Below, piece by piece: positions 1-13,139 of a DNA stretch of 63,870 bases; within the stretch, counting starts at the first letter, position 1, and the number at the start of each line of letters is the position of its first letter. Location of the stretch: positions 86,413,836-86,477,705 of the forward strand of contig NC_058130.1 of the NCBI RefSeq assembly GCF_016433145.1, written 5' to 3'. The notes beneath the pieces were generated by a model. It had not been told where the DNA came from. It made no database searches and saw only the letters and a list, made by a program, of their open reading frames with translations. The position numbers were made by a program, and so were the translations under genes. The stretch comes from Gracilinanus agilis (taxonomy: Eukaryota).

Positions 1-756
1 TTCTTTCACTCTTGCTCTTGTTCTCTCTTCCTTCTTTCTTCCCCAGGGTAAGGTAACCCTGTCCCATTAAAGAAACTCGTGCTATTGCTACTATTCTGAT
101 TCTAGCCTCTGTTTCTAGGCTTATTACACTCTCCCTTACCTCACTCTACATGCCAGCTCGCTTGCTATTCCTCAAGTACTGAACATCTCATTTCCATGTT
201 TGAACAGGCTATGATCTGTGCCTAAATACATTCCTTCCTCCACCTCTTGGAATTCCTACTTTCTTTTAAAACCCAGCTGAAGTGCCATTTTCTACTTGAA
301 GCATTTTCTGGGCCCCTTCCCTCTCCCTGGGTTGCCTGTACTTGGCCCTCAAAATGGCGTTTACTTTGTGTCTACTTTACATTTGTTTAAATGAGTATAT
401 ATCATTTTCCCTCAATGGAATGTAGGCTCCTTGAGGAGAGAGACTGGTTTTTGTCTCTGTGTATCCTGTGTCTAGCATTGTTTGACACACAGTAGGTGCT
501 TAATATGTTTAATGTTAGTAAGTTTAAGTATTTAGCTCTATGTGGAAAAAGAAGAGAAGAAAACATAAAACCTTCCCTCAAAGAAAACAAGCTTGTTAGG
601 AAAGGCAATATTTAGAAAATAATTATGGAATAGCATAAGAATTAAGTGGTGAAGAATAAATACTTTCTCTCTGTCTCTGTCTCTCCTCTCTCTGTCTCAC
701 TCTGTCTCTATCTCTTTGTCTCTCTTCCTCTTTTTAATTTTAAAATAAGATCAGGT

Positions 757-970
757 GGGCAGCTAGGTGGCTCAGTAGATTGAGAGCCAGACCCAGAGAT
801 GAGAAGTCCTGAGTTCAAATCTGGCCTCAGACACTTCCTAGCTGTGTGACCCTGGGCAAGTCACTTAACCCCAGTTGCCTAGCCCTTACCAATCTTCTGC
901 CTTGGAACCAATACACAGTATTGTTTCTAAGATGAAAGGTAAGGAGAAAGGAAGAAAGCTTTAAAAATAA
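757..970 (+). mobile_element. SINE1_Mdo-type SINE
   Basis: gggcagctaggtggctcagt head, tRNA-like B box gagttcaaatc, CORE gctgtgtgaccctgggcaagtcactt, A-rich tail. Confidence 0.9.
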
Positions 971-1126
971 ATTAATTAAATTTAAAAATAATAAAAAGGA
1001 TATCAGTGTAGACTGAAATATAGTCATCAAGGAAAGTTTTGAAAATTTAGGAAGGGAATAGAATCCCTTTGAGGGGGATGGGGATGAGTAAAGAAATGAA
1101 GGCAGGATGGAACTTGGGGGAGTAGT

Positions 1127-1170
1127 ATATATATGTATATATATACACACACACACACATATATATGTGT
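1127..1170. repeat. Compound (TA)n(CA)n(TA)n microsatellite
   Basis: Direct reading. Confidence 0.9.
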
Positions 1171-1229
1171 CTGTCTGTCTGTTGAGGGCAGGAGTGAGGC
1201 TGAAAGGTCTTTCTCTTGGGGACAGGAGA

Positions 1230-1432
1230 TCTAGATCTCCTATTTTTTAACTTTTTTGAGTCATGAGTCCCTTTATTATTATTATTATTAGTCATGGCTA
1301 ATATTTTTAAATGCATACATAGAATTTAGGCAGAAACCAATTATAGCTCTTAAATCAAATAATAACTATTAAAAATAATAATAGCTGTTAAATAAAAACA
1401 AGTTCATAGACACCCCCAGATTGAGAACTCCC
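1230..1432. mobile_element. Old Charlie-type hAT non-autonomous element
   Basis: Shares the block 'aaaccaattata...aacaagttc...cccagattgagaac' with 57390-57800. Confidence 0.55.
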
Positions 1433-2328
1433 TCCCTGGATACTCTCATGGTCTGGCCTCCTGGGTTCAGGTTTGTTATCCTTTACCACACCAGAATTTT
1501 TCCCTTCTCTCTGTCCCAGGCTTAGAAGCAGTATCTAATAAAGGGTCCTCCTCCTCCTCCTTGCCAGTCCCTCTATCCACCAGGTGCTCTCACCCAACCC
1601 CCTTCTAAACAAGAACTAGGCCCCTAACTTCCAGGTCTTGGCCTTTTTCCATTGCCTGGTCCTGCTGCTTCCTGCCAGGAGCCCAGCTGTCTGCCCTGAC
1701 CCCCTCTTCCCTCCCTGCAGATCCGGAAGAGCCTGCTGGCCCCTGAGACAGCTTCAGTCTAGTGCTCAGTGGGGCAGGCGTAGGAGGGATGAAGAAGCAA
1801 TTCCAGGCTTAGCTGACCCTACTCCCACAGGGTCTAGGGGAGGAGAAGGGAAGAGAGCATAGATTGATTACAGAAAAGGGAATCTCTGGGCATGGGAATT
1901 GGGGGAGGGCTAGTGATGGGTCAGCTGGCACATAGGGCACTGTGAGGAATTCTTAGGGAGTGTGACAGAGCAGAGGGCGAGGGGTTAGATAGCTGAGCCT
2001 TGGGAAAAGGATTGAGAGATGGGGCTGGGTAAGGCCTGGTTAAAGAGAGAGCCTTCCTTTGCAGAAAGCATTTTGAGAAGGTTCTTGAGAAAGAAGGGAA
2101 GTACCCCAGGGGATTACTGATAGATACCACAGGGGCAGGCAGGTCCCAGGGGTGGGAGTCTTGTCTGGTTTGTGGGTAAGCTAAGCATATGAACACCTGC
2201 TATTAGCCCTAGGCTAGGCTATAGTGTTGGAGAAGCAAGACTAAAACATTTGAAATGATTAGCAAGCAACTATGACTCTGCTACTTAAAGTACTTTGGGA
2301 ATTCTGAGGCAGACTCATAGAGTTGTGA

Positions 2329-2883
<555 letters not shown>

Positions 2884-5800
2884 AAGAGGAGGTAGCTTGG
2901 ATGGAGAGCAGTATTGTCCAGCTCTCCCAGAAGGAAACCTCATCAACTGCCCTGCTTTCTGTCTCCCCCACATACATAGCTGGGGCAAGGGTGACCAGAG
3001 CATAGACTGGCCATCTTGTCTAACACCCTGGCTTTTGCAGGGAATTGAATTTCTGGTCCCTCAGTGTCTGATAGTCAGGAATCCAGGGGTTGGGTTCTGG
3101 CCTGGAGATCCCAAGGCTTCTGATGAAGACTGGGAGGCCCCTTTTCCTTAACCCTCTGTGCCATGGCCCGCACCCCTTCCTGCCAGTGTCACCAGGGACT
3201 GCCAGAGCCCCAAGAGGCCTGCTCATATTCTGCCGCCTTTTGTTCTCTTTGGGAGGTGGGGTCTGGTTTTCCAAACACATTCCCAGCTGTGCCCAGAGAC
3301 CAGGGTGGTTTTGTTTTTCTTTCTCAGCCAGCGGAACAATAGCCATTCTGAACAACTCTTAGGGTACCTGAGCCAGAAAGACCAGTCTCATGTTGAGGTG
3401 GTGATAGGTGGGTCAGGAGAGAATGATATTCTCCCAAGGCTCAATGTCTGGGGGAAGAGGACAGATCAAAGAGGGCAATGAAGCCCAAAGTCAAATGCTG
3501 TTTCCATTCCTGTTCAATATAGGAAAACTCATAGCAGAATCTCTGCTCATTGAATCAAATCTTCCTCAAGGAGGGTGGTAGGATAGTGGAGACTAGCCTG
3601 ACAGATGGGGATGGTTTGATGGTGGGGAAAGGAGCAGAGAAAAGAAATTTATTTTGATTCAATACCAGACACATCATAGATTTAGACCTAAGAGGGACCT
3701 TAAAAAAAATCTATTCCAATCCCTCATTTTATAGATGAGGAAACAGAGGTCCAGAGAGACTAAGTGAATTATTTAGAATGATAAAGATAGCAAGTGGCAA
3801 AGGCAGGGTTTGAACCCACGTCCTTTGAATCCAGAGCCAGTAACCTTTTTTATTGTACTACATTCTATACTTTTGCTTGTTGTACCACTGAGACTTATGG
3901 AAGAGATGAGACAACACCTCTCAGGCTTAGCATTCAGGGTCCAGGGACCCTGTACCTTGCAGTTTTCCATATTCCCCACTTATTTGCCTCTTGGGAAACC
4001 CCATTTCCCAAGAAATTAGTTAATCTGGGGTGCTTAGTCCTATTTCTCTGATAATTGGCTTCCAAGAGAAAATTTCTGGCAACAGATGAAAACCCCCCGA
4101 CTCAATATTCTCAGTATCCCCTCCACCTCAAAAAAGCTAATTCAGTTTGAGAGTGCATTAATAGGATCCAAATGCCCAGAAGGAAGGAGATCAAGGAATA
4201 AAATAGTCCTGCTGCCCTTTACCCCAGCTAGTCAGCATCTGGAATATTGTTTTCAGCTCTGGTTGTCATATTTTAGAAAGGACATGGACAAAGCGGGGCA
4301 TATGCAGAAGAAGAATTTTATCGCCTGAAGGATAGCCAAAGGAACTGGAGATGTTTAACCTAGAGACTTGAGGGTGAAGATGGGGGGCAGGGCAAGAGAA
4401 GCATGATCCTTGTCTTTATTTGAAGAGTTGTCATATGGAAAAAGGATTATTATTCTGTGCAGCTCCAGAGGGTGGAACTAGGATCAATAGGTGGAAGCGT
4501 CAGGGAGATGGATTTCAGATTTTTAACTTGATAATGAATAGACAGGTCCAACAAGAGAGTGAGCTGCCTTATGAAGTAACTTTTTTAGAGATGTACAAGC
4601 AAAAGACCATGTCAAAATAGTTGTCTGTAGCGTAAGGATGATTGATTGAACAATCCCCAAGCTTTCTGGAGTGCCCCCTCCTACCATTGGGATCTCTTGG
4701 TCTTCTGACCACAAATTCCTGCTCCCTTCTTCGGCTCCCTCTATACCCTCCCCCCCCCCCCAACTACCAGGATTTCTCTAGGCTCTAGTATCATTCTCTG
4801 TAGTAATGGCTAGTGTGAATTCAGAAAATTCAAGTTCTCCAACCCTCATCCTGCATGGGGAAGGTCGGGAATTCTTGGCAGAAAGATTGGGAGTAGGGGT
4901 GGGGTGGAGAGGAAAGGTAGGGCTTGGGTTGTTCACCTCTTTCCTGGGAAAATGGAAGAAATGTCATCAGGTATGGTAGAGGAAGGGATGGCTGGGAACA
5001 AATGGGAGCCAATCCTTGAACATGTATGTAACCTGGGACTCAAATTCATTTGCATAGAATTAGGGTGGAACAGGGAGATTTGCCTTTGACTTACATGTGA
5101 TCTTTCCCCCAGAGCTGGTGGGGCTGATCCCTCAAACTGGCTCTCCAACTGTGAAGGCAAAGGCTCAAATTCAGTGTCACAGACTTCACAGTTTGGACTG
5201 GTAGGCAGAGAGCCAACATTGTATAGAGGCCCCAGGATCTCAGGGGAAAAGCGTGCGAGACCCATAGAGGGATTGTGAGATAGGAAGTGGTCCTATCCAA
5301 GAGTGAGAGATGGCATCAATTAACTAGTCCACAGAGTCTTCTCAGAAGCTCTGGGAGAAGCTAGGCAGCTGTTATTCCTGGGTCTCTCGTTTCTTCTGGG
5401 CAGGATTCCGAGGATGAGATTGGGTATGAGAGCCAGCTTAAATGGGGATTTTTCTAAAAGATGCAAATTTATAGAAAAAAAGTAGGAACTATAAATCCTG
5501 GAACAAGATGTCGGTATCTGAGACAAATGTTACATAGAGCCATCCAGGGAGTAATTCAGCCCTAGGGTTGGGGAGTGGGGGAGGATTAAATGGAAAAGAC
5601 TGCTCCTATTCTGAGGATGAACAAATTAGTGACGCAGCAAAAGGGCAAAGGAGAGGGGAAAAAAAGAGCCATGAGTTTGACATTTCTTTCTCTGGGTGAG
5701 GGAGATTTGTTCCTTTTTCTGAAACCCACATACAAGTTGCATCTGCTATGGCTTCTGTATCCCACTGGATTTCACCAACTTGAAGGGGATGAGATGACAG

Positions 5801-7310
5801 CAGAGTCATTTAGATAACATACCCCTTCCTGAGGCTGCTGCCTACTATGAATGTGGGAGACTGAGCCAGGAGACAGAGAAGAGATGAGAAAGAGGACAGA
5901 GAAAGTGCAGGTAGAAAATGGTAATGCCCCAAGGAGGAACAAGGGTAAGAGGGGGCTCATAGCTAAGACCATTTCAATCCTGACTGTACCAGTGAAAACA
6001 ATCTACACTATGAGTAGGGCCCCAGCCTGTGACAGCCCACAGTCGTCCTACCCTTTACAGCCCCTTTTAGGGAAGTGGGTCAAGTCAAGAAGTATTTGTT
6101 AAGTGCCTCTGCTGCCTGCGCAGGAAGATAGCATATATAGTTGGATGCCAAACACTTAACACTCACGTAAGTGATAGAATGTCAGTCATTTCGGCCAAGC
6201 CTTGGTTTGGAAGCCTGTTTCTTTATATATGCCATGTTGCTTCACTCGTGCATCAATCCTATAGATATACTATACGTTTGAATTTTATTTTTCTATGTTG
6301 GGATGGACCTTGCATATAGAATATGCTCTTTGCTGTTGGAGTATCTTTCTTATTTTTTTATGCTATGACTGTTATTTAATCCTCCAGAAGGATACCTACT
6401 GAAGAAGACATGGAAGAGGTTGATGGTATTTATGTGATTATGTTATAGGTGGGTCAGCAGAGAGCTTTATGCTCCAGCCCAGGTCAGGGGAGGCACTCTT
6501 GTGAAGGGTGGATCCAAGTTTGCAAGAAGGAAGCAGAATGCTTTGTTTGTGGGAAACTAAAATTGTTCATTAAACTGGGAAAACTTGTGCTGTGTATCTG
6601 ATGCGAGACTGATCTTGGAACCTGCGGAGGAGCTAGGAATCAAAGAAATGCTGGTAGGGGTGTCGGGGCTAGGCTAGGCCGTTTGGTCTTGGGCTCAGAC
6701 TTTTCCACAATAATCCCTGACATTTGCAATGGCACTGCCTGGCCCAGCTCCCTGTTTTTTTCATCTCAACAAAGCAACGTGTATGTGTATATACACATAA
6801 ATACATACATACGCAGTTGTACTTTACGTTTTTGCATACATACACACTCACTAGGCCTTTATCTCTGGTGATAAACTTTGTTGTATGAATTCGTGGCGAG
6901 ATCCTCCTCCCCACTACGGGCACTGACTTGCTACACCCAGGAGTACCCTCTTGGCTCCTAAAACTCACATGCCAATCAGGATTGTGCACATTCCCTATGA
7001 CAGCAGGGAAGCTAGGAGGGGCAGGGGCACAGAGATACAGAATACCCTGGGGAATGAGAGAAAACAAACCCCCCTCCAATAGGGGTAGGTCTAGGACTCT
7101 TGTCTAAAGGGCTAAGGGCTGGGCTCTACCACCAAAGATGGTCTTAACTAGAACTCAGGTCTCCTGGAGGGCCTGTTTTCACTTCTGCAGAAGTGACTTT
7201 AGGCACCTCTTTGTTCTACCAGTAAAGGGATTTGGACAAGGTGCTTCTGAACATAATGGATCTTCACTAAATGTCTCTGACTGAATAAAATAATAAAGAG
7301 ACAAAGGAAA
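2884..7310 (+). other. SEMA3G: Putative SEMA3G 3' UTR; end uncertain
   Basis: Follows the stop codon. Candidate AATAAA signals at about 4197 (inside an L3 fragment) and a tandem pair at 7284 and 7292. No transcript evidence. Confidence 0.3.
4135..4625 (+). mobile_element. L3/CR1 LINE 3' fragment
   Basis: Peptide RNKIVLLPFTPASQHLEYCFQLWLSYFRKDMDK resembles the CR1 RT C-terminal motif (PHLEYCVQFW); typical L3 3' UTR follows. Confidence 0.8.
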
Positions 7311-7334
7311 CATGTTCATTCCTAGGAGAGCCAC

Positions 7335-7570
7335 TATGTGGAGCACTAGATAGAGGGCAGAGCTTGCAGGCGGGAAGATTTGATTTCAAATTTGGCCTCA
7401 AACACTCAGCAGCTGTGTGACCTATTTGCCTCAGTTTCTTCATCTGTAAAATGAGAATAATAGCACCTACCTTGCAGGGTTGTTGTGAGGATCCAATGAA
7501 ATCACTGAGAGGTGCTAAGCACGGTGCCTTGCACAGAGTAAGTGCTATAGAAATGTTACTGTTATTACTA
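7335..7570 (+). mobile_element. MIR SINE
   Basis: MIR core cctcagtttcttcatctgtaaaatgagaataatagcacctacc. Confidence 0.85.
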
Positions 7571-8099
7571 ATCCCAGCAGAATTTCCCTTTCCCTTGAAC
7601 TCAGGCCTTCCTGGCCTGAAAGCCAAAGTTGTCTCTATATATTATATTACACTGCCTCTGATTATATTATTTCATACCACCCTTTCTGCCTATGTGCCCA
7701 AGGAGAGGCATTTAACCTCAGTTCTTTATTTGTAAAATGAGGCAGTGGGCCTGGAGGATCTCTAAGGTCCCTCCCTTCCAGTTCTGATATTCTCTATGGT
7801 GCCCTTTTTGTCTCTTGCTTTTCCTTGTGGACACCTTTCTTTCCTTTTATACCATGTATGTATAAACATAAAGTCAATTGTTTCAGTGACTAAAATTGTC
7901 TTACTCCCATCTTCTGTCTTCTGTGCCATTTCTGTGTCCCTTCCTCATAATCTAATCGAAAAACTGTCAGAGCTGTAGCCCTAATTTTAGTTCTGGGATA
8001 AAGGAGTAATATATTTACAGAGCTAGTTACCCCTGAAAAATGCCTTGCTCTTCTCCTCTGTGGTATCTTCTAAAGAAGCCCTGCATTCAAACCTTCACC

Positions 8100-8262
8100 A
8101 CCTTATATTGGTTCCAAGGCAGAAGGGCAGGAAGGACTAGGCAATGGGGGTTAAGTGACTTGCCCAGGGCCACACAACTAGGAAGTGTCTGAGGCCAAAT
8201 TTGAACCCAGGACCTCTCATCTCTAGGCCTGGCTCTCAGCCTACTGAGCTACCCAGCTGCTC
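8100..8262 (-). mobile_element. SINE1_Mdo-type SINE
   Basis: Reverse-complement CORE-SINE body. Confidence 0.85.
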
Positions 8263-11200
8263 CTCAAGGCATTTTCTGATTCTCCAGCTGTTATCGTTTG
8301 CATTGTCCACCTTGTGGTGCTGGTACTTACTCCAAATCTATAGGTTTCTTTTCACTGATAAGTTTCTGGGATCAAGGAGGAGAATGAGAAGAAATTCTTC
8401 AACTTCTTTTACTCTCCCAAGATCCCTTTGTTCTCCCCTTTATCCTTTTAAACCTGGGACATAAGAAGCACTGTTCACCCATGTCAGTCTGGGGTGCTCC
8501 TTCCAGAAGTGAGAAGTCAGATTATAGCGGGGACACAGACAGAAGCAGCAGGTGGGAGAGTGCATTCCAGGGCTTGGGAAGGTTTTTCTGTGGGACTCGG
8601 AGGATTCTAAGGATTCTTCATACAGAGGCATTCCTTCTTGGAAACAAGAGACAGCTGTTCATAAATGGCCCACACTGTTGGGGAAAGTGCCAAGACGCCC
8701 ATCTGTCCCGGGTATCTGTTCTTCTCTTTCCTCCTTGAGCCTCTTTGCCTGACCTAATTGCAATCCTCATGGGTTATAGGTGCTCCTGTCCTATGGCAAA
8801 AAGGAGATAAAATGAATCTGGTGAGGGCCCTCAGTGTCCTTTTCATCCTGATGATCAATAAGTTGGCTGGGCAGTAGCATAGAGGGTGGGGTCAATGCTA
8901 GAAACTGGGGTGGCAACAAGTTCAGAATTGTTCTTGAACTTGGCCTGCCGATTCCTGAGCTACGTCTCTGACCAGGGCACGGCGTCATTGATAAATGGCG
9001 CACTCTGCCCAGGTGGCCAAATTATACTCTGCCTTCTTGCTGCCTTGGTAAGCCCATTAAAGGTCAACATCCACTTGAAGTCATCGGCTTTTCTTTTGGA
9101 ACTTTGTTAATGAAAGAAAACCACTTGGTTTCTCTGCATAGGTTTTTAAAAACCGAGTCTACTGAGAACCGGAAGGGCCGTCTCCAGGGAGACATCACAT
9201 TCATACTTCTTGCCCTTGCACAAGGACCTGTGTTACTTTGCCAGGATCGTCCAACTCCATTACGTTACCCACATGAGGGAACTCATTTAATTTTTACTGT
9301 TCTGCTCGCTTAGAAATATTTTGGATACTTCTCAATCTGCTCTAATTGTTCATATTTTTAGCTTTTAGTCTTTATTATTCTTTACACATTTAAGCATTCC
9401 ATGCTTACTCCATTAAAATCCTTTTACAGGGAGGATAAACTGAGGAAGGAGTTGCCAAGGAGTCACTCTGGGAATCAGTGGAATGGAAGCCTCAAATCCA
9501 AAGGTGCCCCCACACATCTCGGTGCTAGCTAGGTTTTAAAACATTTTTTTCTCTTGGGAGTACACCAGGTCTGAGGCACCTTTGATAAGAGGTTTACTAG
9601 AGATAACTCAAAGTCCAAGCCTCTTTGGGGCCAAGTGTTTCTGAGCTAACTGGCAGAGAAAAAGATTGGAGAATGATAGAAAAGTAGTTGACTTTATGGA
9701 TGTGAGCTCATTTGTTGACTCTAAACCTCCCACCCAGGCTGATAAGAATCTGGTTCTGCTTCCTGTGGCCTAAGGGCCCCAGACAATAGTGTGAACTGTA
9801 GACTAGGCTGGGAAGGACATTGTTATGGAAAGAAAAAATAACATACAAACACAAAGCCCAGGCAGCACCAGTCAAAGTGAACCAGGCCCTGTTTACAAAC
9901 CCTCTAGCGTTCCAGGGAGCTCTCTGTCTTTGGGTTAGGGAGAGCACAATGGGGAATTGTTTTAGTATCCCCTGCTGCCTCTTCTAAGGATAGAAGATGG
10001 CTTTGATGGCAGAAGATGTCTCAGACGCTGAGCACAGGGGATGTCCACTGTATATCATGGCTCTTTTCCTGTTTATCAGGGGTGCGTGCAGGGTGGGGAC
10101 CAGAAGCCAATCTTGGCCAGAAACAAGTTGGCAGAGACTAGTCTCATTTTTTCCACCCACACCACACATTGTCATGCTGCTCTGGGACCCCCGGGCTGAA
10201 GGATTTGTCTGTTTCTCGTCTTTTCCCCTTTGAAAACTTTGTGGTTAGAATGAACAGAAAACCCTCCAACTCCAGTGTTGCCCTCTGGGCAAACTCTACT
10301 CAACTCCGAGACATTCATACCAATAAGACATTTCCCAAACACAGTCAAGGGTGCCAAGATCCCAAGTTTGGACCCGACTAGCCGAGAATTAATTCTCATT
10401 TCTCAGAATACAGTATCCTGCCCTAAATATGGCGAGACATGTATTGGTGCTGCTTCTGGCTCCTAAATTCAGTACGAGAATGGGTATGCTTGGTAGAATG
10501 TTCCTAAAGATCAATAGTGAGAAAGTAGTGTTTGTAATGGTAATTTGGCACGCATCTTCAGTATGTACCATGGAATTCCCTCCAGTATCCAGTTGTAATT
10601 AGGAGGAGCTGATAGCACTTGATAGCAAGCTGAGGAGAGGAGCAGCAGTGAGGACACAGCCTGGCCTTTCAGGTACTAGCTGTATGCATGCAGACCCTCT
10701 CAAGGGAAGGTCCTTTCTCTTCTCTGAATAGCAGTTACCCTGCCTACACTGGGCTGCTGTAAGCATCCCAGGAGATAAGGTAGGGTACAGGGCTTTGAAA
10801 GCTATCAATTACTGCACAGAGAGAGATATGACCATTCCTTGTATTTCTGAATTGCTAGGATTCTCCTGAACTGTCTCCTAATTGATGGCACACATTTTCC
10901 GGGTAACTGACTAGGGAACAGGCTGGTCTGGGGTCACCAAGTGGGTTTCACTGTGTGGAGCCCCATCCTGCTCCGGGTCCCAGGCTCTAACTTATTGCTT
11001 TTAAAGGCATTAATAAGCATGGATCCATGTGATTGTCTCTGACAAATCAAACAGCAGTGAGACCAGAACAGCGCCACGTGAAGCGTACACTTCTTCAGAT
11101 TTCTGGGATCCTCTCCCTGTCCCCAGGAGAATTTAGGGGAGAATATGAACCAAAGGTGAACAAAAGAGATTCAGGACACCATCATCACGTGGATGAGATC

Positions 11201-12359
11201 ACAGATGCACTGAAAGTGCTGCATGTGAACAGTGCCCTCTAGGGTCTGGCATCAGAACAATCCTGCAGCTTATTTACCTACAGAGCTGTAAGGATTTCAG
11301 AATTTAAACCCCATGAAATAGCCCCAATTCCTGCTGGAACACCTCAGTTCAGTGGCGGCCAATCTCAATGTTGGACAACTCTAAGCAGTTAAGCAGTTCC
11401 TTCTTATATCAAATCAATTAATCCAATTCAATTGACTAGACATGTATTCATTAGGAAGACTTCAAAAATGACTGTATGATTAATACCCCATAAAGTCATA
11501 CAATCTTCAACAGTTATAAAGCCTTCTGAGATGGTCTTGCTGGACCCATTTCCTGTATCAATACAAAATATTAGTGACTATCCATGAACCCCTCTCAGTG
11601 ATTTGTCTTCAGTTATAAAACGGAGATTAGCTACAAAACAAAAGATGAAAAGTTTCCCAAACTCCCAACTCCAATCCTTTATAGACCTCTATTCTATTCA
11701 CCTTCTATTCGACTAAGGCTCACTATCAACATGAAACGAGGAAAAGTTAAAACTCGGCTGGCAAGGACTCATCTCCTGGGAGGGGTCATTTGGGCTGCCT
11801 GATAGCAAGCACTGGTCCTCATGGCCTATTTTCCATTTTCTCTAACTTGCAATCATTTAATTAGGGCAGATTGTTGGAATTCGATATATACGTTAAAAAA
11901 TAAGAAATGTGGCTCTCTCCCTCACAGAATCTTACCTGCCCGGGGCAAATAGAGGCTTATTTTTCTATAAGTGAGTTAACTCCACTAATCAATGAACCAA
12001 CCAATAGATAGTCTCAACAATGTGCCATGCACTGTGCTAGGTGATAGGAGTGGGAATAGAAAGATAAATGGGTATTGATGGGACCTGGACCTGTAATTTC
12101 ATTGGAACTGGGAATCCCACATGAGAAAACTCCCTTTATAGGTTGATGCTTTCTCTGCAATTTTTACTTATAGCATTGAGGATGGGGATATAAAGACAAA
12201 AAGCAAAACAGTCCCTTGTCCTGAAGCAGCTCATGCTCTGAATGGGAAAAAAAATACTCATATAAAAACATAGAAAATACATAAAAACATATAAAAGATA
12301 GCCTTTGGTGGAAGAAGCTAGGGGGAACCAAGAGAGGCTTCCTGAGGAAGGTAGTTCTT

Positions 12360-12565
12360 TTCTTTTTTAATCCCTTACCTTCCAACTTAGAATCAATCAA
12401 CACTGTGTATTGGTTCCAAGGCAGAATAGCAGTAAGGGGTAGGCAATGGGGGTCAAGTGACTTTCCCAGGGTCACACAGCTAGGAAGTGTCTGAGGCCAA
12501 ATTTGAACCCAGGATCTCCCATCTCTGGGCATGACTCTCAATCCACTGAGCCACCCAGCTGCCCC
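12360..12565 (-). mobile_element. SINE1 inserted in an L2 fragment, 15-bp TSD
   Basis: TSD AGGAAGGTAGTTCTT at 12345-12359 and 12566-12580. Confidence 0.9.
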
Positions 12566-13139
12566 AGGAAGGTAGTTCTTGAGCTGAGTCTTAAGGTAAC
12601 CAGAGATTTTAAGAGGGGGAGATGAGGAGGGGGAATGTTCCAGGCATATAGCACAACCAATACAAAAACACAGAAATGAGATGTGGAGTGGCGTGTGCAT
12701 GCTAACATCACATCTGAATTGTGAGCAGCCTGGAAGCCACAATAACTGAAGAAAAATAAGATATATGTTAACTACTTCTAGGTCACTGGATGATATAGAT
12801 AGAATTGTTCTTCTGGCAAATTCCACCTCTGGCAATCATACAAAAGTTGGCATGTGGCCCCATGAAGAGGAGCCTTTATTATTTGTCCATCTTAGCATTT
12901 GTTCTTCCACTCTAGGTGAAGGAAATTGGAGACTACAACCCTTGTGAGTTTGTAAAGGTCAGGAGAACAAGCTATCCAGGAATGTGAGAATTTAGGAGCC
13001 TGGAAATTCCAGTGTTAAGTCCCTGCTGGGTTTAGCTACCAGCCTGGCTTCAGTCATGAAGAATGACCTTCAGGACCCAGCTCAGCAGTATTTGAAACAA
13101 GGACTCATTTGGTAGCAATGCTGAATTTCTTTTAAAAAA

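Noticed and set aside
757-830. tRNA-like A/B boxes (also in the other SINE heads)
   Set aside because: These are SINE heads with no cloverleaf; not tRNA genes.
12164-12835. 223-aa minus-strand ORF, the longest in the track
   Set aside because: It runs through L2 and SINE1 sequence; the peptide (GAAGWLSG...TLPSCVTLGKSLDPHCL) is a translated SINE.
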